From positions 288,001 to 352,000 of the forward strand of contig CAWGRW010000009.1 of the NCBI GenBank assembly GCA_963825135.1: DNA of 64,000 nt, given 5' to 3'. The notes below the pieces were generated by a model. The model was not told the origin of the DNA and ran no database searches. It saw only the letters and a list, made by a program, of their open reading frames with translations. This DNA is from an uncultured bacterium. Its GTDB lineage: Bacteria > Desulfobacterota_D > UBA1144 > Nemesobacterales > UBA2774. A program made the translations under genes and the position numbers. Shown in pieces: positions 17,982-26,777 of the stretch (the first letter of the stretch is position 1; the number at the start of each line of letters is the position of its first letter).

Positions 17982-18824
17982 ATGAAAAATATTGAAAGAG
18001 CCGTAGCTCAACATTACGGGGTCCCAGACCTTTTGGAGCGTATTTACAAGGGGCTTGAGGCTGCTGGCACGGAGTTAAACCGCTTACAGCCCGAAGATTT
18101 GGCTCCTGTTGACGAGTATCATATCGGGGGACGCAAAGCCACTGCACATGCCATTGAAAAGATGTCCTTGAACAAGGATCAACATGTTCTTGATATTGGC
18201 TGTGGCATAGGCGGCACTGCACGCTACATGGCCGAGAAGATTGGATGTAAAGTAACGGGCATAGACTTGACGCCTGAATATATTTCAATCGCTAAGACAC
18301 TAACGGATCTGACTGGCCTAGGCAACAATGTGACCTACAAAGTTGCCAGCGCTCTTGACATGCCCTTTGAAAGTAAAACCTTCGATGCGGCGATAACTAT
18401 CCATGTTGCCATGAATATCCCGGAGCGAGCAACGCTTTATCGTGAAATTGCACGGGTTATGAAACCTGGCGCGACGCTTTGTATTTACGATGTGATGAAA
18501 AAAAGTGATGAAAGCTTTTCCTTTCCCGTGCCGTGGGCGGAATCGGCAGTTACCAGTCATCTGACAACGCCAGAAGAAATGTGCACTCTTCTTGATGATG
18601 CCGGGTTTGATGTTCGCGAAGTCGACGATCGCACTGATTTTGCGCTCAACTTCTTCAAACAGAGTTTGGCTGCCGCTGCAGATGGGCCACCCCCTCTCGG
18701 GATACATCTTATAATTGGCTCGAGTGCCCCCGAGAAGTTAAAGAATATGCAGAGCAATATTGAGAACGGCTGTATCTCCGTTGTGCAAATGATTGCAGGC
18801 CGGTGTACTAACCCCCCGTTTTGA
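17982..18824 (+). CDS. Class I SAM-dependent methyltransferase
   Basis: DEYHIGG, VLDIGCGIGG, GIDLT, FDAAIT, RVMKPG. Confidence 0.9.
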   Translation: MKNIERAVAQHYGVPDLLERIYKGLEAAGTELNRLQPEDLAPVDEYHIGGRKATAHAIEKMSLNKDQHVLDIGCGIGGTARYMAEKIGCKVTGIDLTPEYISIAKTLTDLTGLGNNVTYKVASALDMPFESKTFDAAITIHVAMNIPERATLYREIARVMKPGATLCIYDVMKKSDESFSFPVPWAESAVTSHLTTPEEMCTLLDDAGFDVREVDDRTDFALNFFKQSLAAAADGPPPLGIHLIIGSSAPEKLKNMQSNIENGCISVVQMIAGRCTNPPF

Positions 18825-18872
18825 AGGGACTGAAGGCGCGTAAGTGTGTCCACTGGTACTGATCACCTTATA

Positions 18873-19643
18873 TCAAGCAGCATTTTCGTGTGAATTATGA
18901 CTTCTGTAATATTCCTGTTCAGCCTGAACTGGTGTACGGTATCCATGTGCAGAATGCAGGTAACTCCTGTTGTAATAATCAACCCATTTGTCCAGTTCTA
19001 GGCTAAGCTCTCTCTCGCTCTCCCACTCCCTTAGCCAAAAGAGCTCCTCCTTCATTGTTCTTATCATTCTCTCTGTATCCGCATTCCCTTTAGGGTTGTT
19101 ATAGCTGGTAAATGCCTGATGAACTTCCAGATTGGAACAAGCTTTCATAAAACTGAGTGATGTAGGCTGACTCCCGTTATCACTCATGAGATTTAATCCA
19201 TGTCCCCTTACTCCTCCGGGAAACTCTCTGTTTAGCCCTTTCTCCAAGGCTTCCAGCCACTCTGCTGTTCTTGCTTGCCTGCCACTGTAGTGACCCACTA
19301 TCTTCTTCGTATACCAGTCCAGTACTATTACCACATAAACGCAGCCACTGTCTGTCATAACCTTTGTCATATCTATTCCCCACCACTGTTTAGGTCTATC
19401 AGGCTTAGGCTTTGGTCTTTCTGATACCCTCTTTGCTATTATTCTTGGGTTTGGTTTAACAGTAAGATTATGCTCTCTCATTAACCTGTATACACGCTTC
19501 TTGTTAACTACTACCCCATCCACGTACCTGAGATATGCCCATACCCTTCTATAACCCCAGAAGGGATGTTCCGCTTTTATATCTTTGATCCTTTCAAGTA
19601 AATATTCGTTACGCAGGGCTACAGAGTCAGACTGATTTCTCAT
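18873..19643 (-). CDS. IS3-family transposase OrfB (DDE/rve domain)
   Basis: WGYRRV, WGIDMT, SDNGSQ, ERMIRTMKEE, YYNRSYLHS. Confidence 0.95.
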   Translation of the reverse strand: MRNQSDSVALRNEYLLERIKDIKAEHPFWGYRRVWAYLRYVDGVVVNKKRVYRLMREHNLTVKPNPRIIAKRVSERPKPKPDRPKQWWGIDMTKVMTDSGCVYVVIVLDWYTKKIVGHYSGRQARTAEWLEALEKGLNREFPGGVRGHGLNLMSDNGSQPTSLSFMKACSNLEVHQAFTSYNNPKGNADTERMIRTMKEELFWLREWESERELSLELDKWVDYYNRSYLHSAHGYRTPVQAEQEYYRSHNSHENAA

Positions 19644-19915
19644 ATGAAGTCTTCCTCTGTTTTTTTTAATTCAACGGTGAGTGAACCGATTATCTGCTTT
19701 AGCTCGGCTTTCTCTCTCCTAAGCCTCTCTACTTCTCCACCGTCTTTTTTAGATTCAAAAGCTCTATGAGCTTCGGATAAGAACTTGTCCCGCCAGGTGT
19801 AGTATTGATTCTGATGTATTCCGTACTCGTTGCATATCTCTGAAACTGGTCTGCCGGATAGACCTTCAAGAACTATCTTGGTCTTTGTTTTAGAATCCCA
19901 TCTCCTTCGTTTCAT
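19640..19915 (-). CDS. IS3-family transposase OrfA (HTH)
   Basis: KTKIVLEGL...EICNEYGI...YYTWR. An A8 slippery run (19660-19667) and an ATGA overlap link it to orfB. Confidence 0.93.
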   Translation of the reverse strand: MKRRRWDSKTKTKIVLEGLSGRPVSEICNEYGIHQNQYYTWRDKFLSEAHRAFESKKDGGEVERLRREKAELKQIIGSLTVELKKTEEDFI

Positions 19916-20027
19916 TGCTCCCTCCCTCTGGGTTTTGCAGACATTTTACTAGCTTAATTCTACTAGCTTCTTAATGGGGAGCATTATACGTATTTACTCT
20001 TAAACGCGAGAACAGGGGGGAATTAAA

Positions 20028-20834
20028 ATGCCTAAAGTAAAAGCCAACGGTATCAATATCAATTACGAGAAGACGGGACAGGGAGAGCCCCTGATAATGA
20101 TCCCTTATCTGAGCGCCGACAACGCCTGCTACGCCTTCCAAACTCCCGAGTATGGTAAGAGCTTCGAGTGCATTTCGCTTGACCCGAGAGGGGCGGGAGA
20201 GTCGGACAAACCGGAAGGGACTTACTCGATGGAGCTATTCGCCGACGACGTTGCGGCCTTCATGGACGCGCTCGGAATTAAGAACGCGCACGTTATGGGC
20301 GTTTCTCTCGGTGCGGCGACGGCGATGTGGCTTGCGGCGAAATATCCGGCGAAGGTGAAATCGCTCTCCGTCCATAGCGGATGGACGAAGTCCGACCCGT
20401 TCCTACAGACTGTGGTCGAGGGCTGGCGCGTGACGGCGAAAGCATTGGGCAATGTCGCGGAAGCGGTGATACTGGGTATTTTCCCCTGGTGTTTCACGCC
20501 GATGCTATACGCCTCGAAACCCGAATACATTAAGGCCCTCTCCGATTTCGTGAGGAGCAGACCCGCACAGCCCGTGGATGCGTTCATGAGACAGAGCGAC
20601 GCGGTATTAGCGCACGACTGCGAGGCGCAGCTAGGCAAGATAAAAGCGCCCACGCTCATAACCTTCGGCGAGTACGACATGGTATGCTCGACCCGCTTCG
20701 CCGACAGGATGACGAAGAATATTAAAAATTCCGAGCTTCTGATTTTCAAGAACTGCGCCCACGCCGGGCTATACGAGAACGTGGAAGAGTTCAACAAGAA
20801 GACGATGGATTTTCTGGTGAAGCATAAGGGGTAG
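20028..20834 (+). CDS. Alpha/beta fold hydrolase
   Basis: DPRGAGES, nucleophile elbow GVSLG, C-terminal AH. Confidence 0.9.
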   Translation: MPKVKANGININYEKTGQGEPLIMIPYLSADNACYAFQTPEYGKSFECISLDPRGAGESDKPEGTYSMELFADDVAAFMDALGIKNAHVMGVSLGAATAMWLAAKYPAKVKSLSVHSGWTKSDPFLQTVVEGWRVTAKALGNVAEAVILGIFPWCFTPMLYASKPEYIKALSDFVRSRPAQPVDAFMRQSDAVLAHDCEAQLGKIKAPTLITFGEYDMVCSTRFADRMTKNIKNSELLIFKNCAHAGLYENVEEFNKKTMDFLVKHKG

Positions 20835-20864
20835 GTAAAATTTTCCCGGAATTGGTTATGTGTT

Positions 20865-21164
20865 TCAGTCGTCGTTCCGAATAAATGTATCAGGCCAGCG
20901 CATGGCGCTGTGAAAGACTGCTACGATCTGGACCTCTATATCATCCGGAATATAAACCACAATGTATGGGGTGCCGGCAATAACCAGCTCTCGTGACCCC
21001 TGGACGCGCCCCGGCCTTCCCATTTGAGGATGACGTTTTAAATGCTGTGCCGCCTCGTGAATGCGCGCGACCATGCGGCTTGCCGCAGGTGGATTATCCT
21101 CGGCAATATACTCGTGCAGGTGTCGCAAATCTTCAATCGCGAAACGCGTCCATCTGAGTTTCAT
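20865..21164 (-). CDS. RelE/ParE-family toxin
   Basis: LRWTRFAIEDL...YIAEDNP...HPQMGRPG...PYIVVY...VFH. Confidence 0.9.
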   Translation of the reverse strand: MKLRWTRFAIEDLRHLHEYIAEDNPPAASRMVARIHEAAQHLKRHPQMGRPGRVQGSRELVIAGTPYIVVYIPDDIEVQIVAVFHSAMRWPDTFIRNDD

Positions 21165-21409
21165 GAAAGCTTGCCGTACTTATCAAAGAAGGCCTTGACC
21201 TCGGCGTCCGTTGCAAAATCTCCCCGGCGTGCGGCCTCGACCCCTTTCTTGATATGTGCGAGTTGCCACTCGTGAAGGTCGATATACTGATCAAGCGCCT
21301 CGTTAATAACGGCGCTCAGATTCTTTCCGAAAGCTTCGGCTATATGGTCAAGGCGTTCACGTTTATCCGATGGTGTAATAAAAGAAACCCTTGTTGATTC
21401 TCTTGGCAT
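21161..21409 (-). CDS. CopG/RHH antitoxin
   Basis: RLDHIAE...SAVINEALDQYI...IKKGVEAARRGDF, with an ATGA overlap with the toxin gene. Confidence 0.88.
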   Translation of the reverse strand: MPRESTRVSFITPSDKRERLDHIAEAFGKNLSAVINEALDQYIDLHEWQLAHIKKGVEAARRGDFATDAEVKAFFDKYGKLS

Positions 21410-21432
21410 ATCAATCTCCCGAATATTACATA

Positions 21433-21459
21433 ATAATATACCATCATATGGAGTATTAT
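21433..21459. promoter_or_regulatory. Imperfect palindrome, probable TA autoregulatory operator
   Basis: ATAATA-ta-CCAT-cat-ATGG-ag-TATTAT just upstream of the antitoxin start. Confidence 0.5.
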
Positions 21460-21509
21460 TCAAAAAAGGGTTTTCAAACTCGCAATTGAAAAAGACAATT
21501 CAGTGCATC

Positions 21510-21941
21510 TCACCCACACTCACCGCAAACCCCATGCAGGTAGAGCTGCGGGGAATCGATGCGGACGGCGGAGAGGTCGGATTTCTCCGGGTCGAGCTCG
21601 TAGCGGATATCCTTGAGGTATACGTCCGTGACCTTCCCGCATTTCTCGCAGACGAAGTGGTGGTGGTCGTCCAAGTTGGTGTCGTACCTCGTGGACGGCC
21701 CGCCGAGGTCCAAGTGCGTGAGGAGCCCGGCTTCGACCAATTGCTCCATGTTCCTGTAAACGGTCGCGGGCGAGAGCATGGGGTACTCGGCCCTGGCCCT
21801 CTGATATATCTCGTCGGCCGTCATGTGACGGTCGTCTTCAGCCAGGATGTCGAATATCGCCACCCTCTGTGGGGTGAGCTTGAGCCCCCTTCCCCTGCTC
21901 TTCTCTATCAACTTTTCGAGTTTAAACGCTTTGTCTCTCAC
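21510..21941 (-). CDS. Fur-family regulator (PerR-like)
   Basis: LTPQR, HMTADEIY, SPATVYRN, HHHFVCEKCG, CGEC. Divergent from dps. Confidence 0.92.
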   Translation of the reverse strand: MRDKAFKLEKLIEKSRGRGLKLTPQRVAIFDILAEDDRHMTADEIYQRARAEYPMLSPATVYRNMEQLVEAGLLTHLDLGGPSTRYDTNLDDHHHFVCEKCGKVTDVYLKDIRYELDPEKSDLSAVRIDSPQLYLHGVCGECG

Positions 21942-21996
21942 GATTTTAATATTTTACCCGTATAGACACACATTGTAAATGCATAATATTAGCATA

Positions 21997-22011
21997 TAAG
22001 AATAATTATCA
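21997..22011. promoter_or_regulatory. Per/Fur-box-like operator between the regulator and dps
   Basis: TAAGAATAATTATCA matches TTATAATnATTATAA at 11 of 14 positions. Confidence 0.55.
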
Positions 22012-22076
22012 CTTGATAAGCGGTATCGTTCAGTTATTCTATAATCACAGATATCGAACAGGAGGCTAATCTAATC

Positions 22077-22544
22077 ATGAATATAGGCATAGAAGATAAA
22101 AACAGCGCTCAGGTAGTGAAGATACTCAGCAGGGTATTGGCCGACGAATACGTGCTTTACACGAAAACGAGGGGCTATCACTGGAACGTGACCGGGATGC
22201 AGTTCGTCGAGCTGCATAAATTCTTCGAGTCCCAGTACACGGCCCTCGAAGAGGTCATCGACGAGGTCGCCGAGAGGGCGAGGACCGTAGGCGGGCACGC
22301 GCTCGGCTCGCTCCAGGAGATGCTCGACCAGAAGACGCTCGAAGAGGACACGACAAAGGGTTCAGACGCCGCGCACATGGTCCGCTCTCTCCTCGCCGAC
22401 CATGAACACATCATAAAGAGGCTGAGGAAGGACTTGAAGGCGTGCGACGAAAAGTATAACGACATGGGGACGAGCGATTATCTAACGGGGCTCATGGAAG
22501 CACACGAGAAGATGGCCTGGATGCTGAGGTCTCACCTCGAATGA
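22077..22544 (+). CDS. dps: Dps DNA-protection / ferritin-like protein
   Basis: HWNVTG, LHKFFE, DEVAER, HEKMAWML. Confidence 0.95.
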   Translation: MNIGIEDKNSAQVVKILSRVLADEYVLYTKTRGYHWNVTGMQFVELHKFFESQYTALEEVIDEVAERARTVGGHALGSLQEMLDQKTLEEDTTKGSDAAHMVRSLLADHEHIIKRLRKDLKACDEKYNDMGTSDYLTGLMEAHEKMAWMLRSHLE

Positions 22545-22741
22545 CGGAGTGTTAATGTAAATTTGACACCTCGTGAGCCCGGGTGTTAAATTCCTGTCCT
22601 GCCCGGAGGATTGTTTCCGTCCCGGGACGGCGATTACCGGGAACCGGCCTCATTCGGTATAATAAAGTCAGTTCGATAACTTGCCGCATCAGTCACTCTG
22701 CGGCCCTATAGTTAAGCGGTTCGAACGGGGAGAGTCACATA

Positions 22742-23152
22742 ATGGGATTCAAAAAAATCATAGGCATCAAGAAAGACGAGCCGGCTGACGCAGGGGACAA
22801 AGGCGTCACGCTGACCAAATTCGAGAAATCGGACGCGGCGAATAAAGACCTCGTGCTCACGGACGAGGACGTGTACGAGGCTCTTAAGAACGTGTACGAC
22901 CCCGAGATTCCTGTGAGCATAGTCGATCTGGGCCTCATCTACGACGTTAACATTTCGTCCGGCAGAAACGTGAGCGTCAAGATGTCCCTCACGACCCCCG
23001 GCTGCGGGATGGGCGCGATGATCGCCCAGCAGGCGGAGACGGCTATCAGGGAGGCGGGGGCGGATAACGTGCTCATAGAAGTCGTATGGGACCCGCCGTG
23101 GAACCCGGACATGATGTCTGAGCACGCCAAGGAAAAACTCGGCATCTCGTAA
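22742..23152 (+). CDS. DUF59 / SufT-like Fe-S cluster assembly factor
   Basis: VYDPEI, IVDLGLIY, SLTTPGCGM, VWDPPW. Confidence 0.9.
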   Translation: MGFKKIIGIKKDEPADAGDKGVTLTKFEKSDAANKDLVLTDEDVYEALKNVYDPEIPVSIVDLGLIYDVNISSGRNVSVKMSLTTPGCGMGAMIAQQAETAIREAGADNVLIEVVWDPPWNPDMMSEHAKEKLGIS

Positions 23153-23188
23153 TCCGCTATCTCACAACCAGGAGAGTAAATCCGTTTA

Positions 23189-24244
23189 ATGGAAATCACA
23201 CAGGAAGGGGTAAGGAGCGTCCTTAAAAAGGTCAAATACCCCGGATTCACGAGAGACATAGTATCGTTCGGAATAGTAAAGGACGTCAGGGTCGATGGGG
23301 GGCGCGTAACGGTTTCCCTCGTCCTCCCGAAGCCCGACAAGAAGATCGAAAGCGAGATAGGCGACTCCGTGAGGAGCGCTCTGCTGGAGACCCCCGGCGT
23401 CTCGGGCGTAGAGATCGAGATAGGGGCACGAGAGCCCAAGTCAGCTCCGGGACACGGGCCCTCGAAGGCCGAAGCCCCGTCGAAGCTCCCGGCTATAAAG
23501 TACTACATAGCCGTCGCGAGCGGCAAGGGTGGCGTCGGCAAATCGACGGTCGCCGTCAACCTCGCCGTGGCGATGGCGATGAAGCGAAAGGGCGTCGGGC
23601 TCATGGACGCCGACATATGGGGGCCGAGCCTGCCTATAATGCTTGGCGTTAAGGACAGGCCGCACGCGACCGAGCAGAACAGGATAATTCCCCTCGAAAA
23701 ATATGGACTGAAACTCATGTCGATAGGGTTCCTCATAAGCGAGGACGAGACAGTCATATGGCGGGGGCCGATGGTGCACGGCGCCATAAAGCAGTTCATA
23801 GAGGACGTCGAGTGGACGGGTATCGACTACCTCGTCATAGACCTCCCTCCGGGCACGGGCGACGCGCAGCTCTCGCTCGTCCAGACGGCGCCGCTGAGCG
23901 GCGGCCTCATCGTCACCACCCCCCAGGACGTGGCGCTGATCGACGTGAGGCGCGGGGTGCAGATGTTCAGGAAGCTGAACGTCCCCATACTCGGCATCGT
24001 GGAGAACATGAGCTATCTGGAGACCCCAGGAGGGGAGAATATAGACATCTTCGGCAGGGGCGGCGGAAGGAGAATGGCCGAGAAGTTTGAGGTCCCGTTC
24101 CTGGGAGAGATACCAATAGACCCCGAGATCAGAAAGGGCGGCGACTCCGGAGTGCCTGTGGTCATATCGAAACCCGAGAGCACTGCTGCCAGGGCCTTCA
24201 TGGAGCTTGCAGATATAGTGCTCCGGTTCGTCGAAAATACTTAA
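23189..24244 (+). CDS. mrp: Mrp/ApbC (NBP35) Fe-S carrier ATPase
   Basis: SGKGGVGKST, DADIWGPS, WRGPM, DLPPGTGD, VTTPQ, ENMS. Confidence 0.93.
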   Translation: MEITQEGVRSVLKKVKYPGFTRDIVSFGIVKDVRVDGGRVTVSLVLPKPDKKIESEIGDSVRSALLETPGVSGVEIEIGAREPKSAPGHGPSKAEAPSKLPAIKYYIAVASGKGGVGKSTVAVNLAVAMAMKRKGVGLMDADIWGPSLPIMLGVKDRPHATEQNRIIPLEKYGLKLMSIGFLISEDETVIWRGPMVHGAIKQFIEDVEWTGIDYLVIDLPPGTGDAQLSLVQTAPLSGGLIVTTPQDVALIDVRRGVQMFRKLNVPILGIVENMSYLETPGGENIDIFGRGGGRRMAEKFEVPFLGEIPIDPEIRKGGDSGVPVVISKPESTAARAFMELADIVLRFVENT

Positions 24245-24532
24245 CCCTGTCCGGCAGTAAGTACCCCGGATCCTTTATTGAACCCCCCTGTTGAATGATT
24301 ATTTTTAAATCTGCATGCCCGCCCGCGGGGCCCGGTAAGGCCGTCCGCCCTGAGGCAATATTGACTCCGGGGAAAATAAGGCTAATTTTAAGTACGCCCG
24401 CGCGGAGTGTGAATAACGACAATTACGGGGCGATTCAGGAAGCGGATCGCGATTGACGCGAAATACGGCGCAGGCTATTCTGTCTTTCAGCCCCGGGCGG
24501 CAGGGGACGATTAGCCCCCCCACTAAACATAA

Positions 24533-25519
24533 ATGGCATCGACTGCAAAAGACTATTACAAGATACTGGGCGTTTCCAAGACCGCGACCAAGGAAGAGAT
24601 AAAAAAGGCCTACAGGAGCCTCGCGCGGAAGTACCACCCCGACCTCAACCCGGACAAGAAGGACGCCGAGGAGAAGTTCAAAGAGGTGCAGGAAGCGCAT
24701 GAGGTGCTCTCCGACGAGGAGAAGAGGAAGACGTACGACATGTTCGGGTCGGCCGAGTTCAGGCCCGGCGGCAGGACGACGTGGAAGCGCGCGGACGATA
24801 CGGGGCAGGCATATGAATACAGCTACAGCGCCAACGACTTCTCGGGTTTCGAGGACATATTCAAGGACTTATTCGGCTCGGCAGGCGAAGGCAGGCCCGG
24901 AAGGGGCAGGGGCGAGGCGTTCAGGGACATATTCAGCACCGTGACCAAGGAAAGGGCATCAAGGGGAAGGGACCTCGAATACCAGATAGAGATAGATTTC
25001 GACACGGCGATCAGGGGCGGCGTCAGGGACCTGTCCATAAGCAGGCAGAAGCAGGACGGCGTCGAGACCGAGAAGCTCTCCGTGAGGATTCCCGCGGGCG
25101 TTGACAACGGCTCGCGGATACGCGTGCAGGGCAAGGGCGAGGGAGGGGGCGCCAAGGGAGACCTGTATCTCAGGGTAAAGGTGAAGCCGCACCCGGTATA
25201 CAGCAGGAAGGGAGACGATATATACCTCGAAGTGCCCGTCACGGTCTATGAAGCGGCGCTCGGCAGGAAGATAGAGATACCGACGATAGACGGGACTGCG
25301 GAGATGACGATACCGCCGGGGGTCCAGAGCGGAACGAGGCTCAGACTCAAGGGCAAAGGGGTCACCAACCTTAAAACGAAGGCCCGAGGGGACCAGTACA
25401 TAGAGATAAAAATAGCGATGCCCGACAAGATAGGCGAGGACGACAGGAAGAGGTTCGAAGAGCTCGAAAATTCTCACCCCTATAACCCGAGGGCGAAATT
25501 AAGCAGGTATATGAGATAA
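24533..25519 (+). CDS. DnaJ class B co-chaperone (CbpA-like, no zinc finger)
   Basis: J-domain with HPD motif and a DnaJ C-terminal domain. Confidence 0.92.
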   Translation: MASTAKDYYKILGVSKTATKEEIKKAYRSLARKYHPDLNPDKKDAEEKFKEVQEAHEVLSDEEKRKTYDMFGSAEFRPGGRTTWKRADDTGQAYEYSYSANDFSGFEDIFKDLFGSAGEGRPGRGRGEAFRDIFSTVTKERASRGRDLEYQIEIDFDTAIRGGVRDLSISRQKQDGVETEKLSVRIPAGVDNGSRIRVQGKGEGGGAKGDLYLRVKVKPHPVYSRKGDDIYLEVPVTVYEAALGRKIEIPTIDGTAEMTIPPGVQSGTRLRLKGKGVTNLKTKARGDQYIEIKIAMPDKIGEDDRKRFEELENSHPYNPRAKLSRYMR

Positions 25520-25611
25520 TAAAGATCTGCGTAAGCCTGAGAACGGGGCGCGTTGACCGGGAAGGGCGTGTATAATGAACAGAGGGGAGCAGAGCCCCGG
25601 GAGGAACCGAC

Positions 25612-25902
25612 ATGAGCGATGAAAAAAAACGAAAGCCCGGAGCCTTTGGTGAGCTCACGATGGACTTCTCGGCGTTTATCCTATCATTAAACGCGTCTTC
25701 CCTCATCCACATGGGGGAGATACCGGACCCCGAATCGAGGTCGCGGAGCGTAAACATCCCGGCGGCCAAGCACACGATAGAAATACTCGAGATAATAAAG
25801 GACAAAACCTCAGGGAACCTGGACAACGACGAGGACAAGCTCCTCGACGACATCCTCTACACGCTGAGACTCAAGTTCCTCCAGCACTCTAAAGCGGAAT
25901 AG
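25612..25902 (+). CDS. DUF1844-family protein
   Basis: DFSAFILSL...MGEIPDP...AKHTIEIL...KTSGNL...LRLKF. Confidence 0.8.
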   Translation: MSDEKKRKPGAFGELTMDFSAFILSLNASSLIHMGEIPDPESRSRSVNIPAAKHTIEILEIIKDKTSGNLDNDEDKLLDDILYTLRLKFLQHSKAE

Positions 25903-25912
25903 CCGGGCCCGA

Positions 25913-26656
25913 TCAGGATATAACCCCGTTCACGCCCCGGCGCGGGGGATTACCGTTTATGATTTGATAGCTATTCGAGATCAATTCGTCCACCGCTTCC
26001 CTCCCCAGCTTCTTCTCTATAACAGCGAGGCCGTTTGAGACCATCGGCGTCCTGTGCTTTTTGGAATGGGCGTCCGACGAGACGAAATGAAGCGTGCCCA
26101 GCTTGGCGAACTCTATGGCGCAGCTCCTGGCCGCGTCCCCGAACCCTCCCGACAGGCTCGATGCAGTGACCTGTACGAGAGCGCCCATGCCCGCAAGCTC
26201 CCTAATCCTCTTGGGAGAGCTCTGAAACTCGCGGTTACGCTCCGGGTGCGCGAGCACAGGGGTCTTCCCCATCGTCTCGAGCCCGAATATGACCTCCTCG
26301 AGTCCGAGCGGCAGGCTGTAAAACGGTATCTCGATAAGTATGAAATCGCTGTCCGCGAGGGTGAGCACGTCGCCCCGTGACAGTACCCTCGGCAGGTCCG
26401 GGATTATACCGATCTCCATGCCCGGATAGACCACGAAATCGAGTCCCGCCTCCTTAATCTTCACGTTGAACTCCGCGACCACGCCCCTCACGGTTTCGGG
26501 CGTCGGCTGCCAGTTGGTCCCCTGTATCCAGTGGGGAGTCGTGACGGCCCCCGTTATCCCGTCCCCGCGCGCGATCTTTACCATCTCGATGCTCTCTTCC
26601 CAGCTCTTGGGGCCGTCGTCGATATTAGGCAGAAGGTGGCAGTGTATGTCGATCAT
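25913..26656 (-). CDS. PHP-domain protein-tyrosine phosphatase (CpsB/CapC family)
   Basis: MIDIHCHLLPNIDDG, TPH, AHPERN, SDAH. Confidence 0.92.
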   Translation of the reverse strand: MIDIHCHLLPNIDDGPKSWEESIEMVKIARGDGITGAVTTPHWIQGTNWQPTPETVRGVVAEFNVKIKEAGLDFVVYPGMEIGIIPDLPRVLSRGDVLTLADSDFILIEIPFYSLPLGLEEVIFGLETMGKTPVLAHPERNREFQSSPKRIRELAGMGALVQVTASSLSGGFGDAARSCAIEFAKLGTLHFVSSDAHSKKHRTPMVSNGLAVIEKKLGREAVDELISNSYQIINGNPPRRGVNGVIS

Positions 26657-26777
26657 CCCGTACAAGTATATACAACGAAAACGAGCCGTAAACCGGTTTA
26701 ATTTACAGCAATTTGGAACTCCATTATAATAGGAGTGATTTCGGGTAAATAAATGTAACAACGGGAAAAAGATAAAT

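Larger units (their letters stand above)
17734..19988 (-). mobile_element. IS3-family element with a passenger methyltransferase gene
   Basis: Imperfect terminal IRs TGTACTGCACCCTTTTGTCAAG / rc TATAATGCTCCCCATTAAGAAG (14/22 identical), flanked by CGTA at 17730-17733 and 19989-19992. The segment is lower in GC than its flanks. Confidence 0.75.

Noticed and set aside
24387..24413. CIRCE element upstream of the DnaJ-like gene
   Set aside because: Only a partial right arm (GAGTGTGAA) is present, and the left arm does not match TTAGCACTC.
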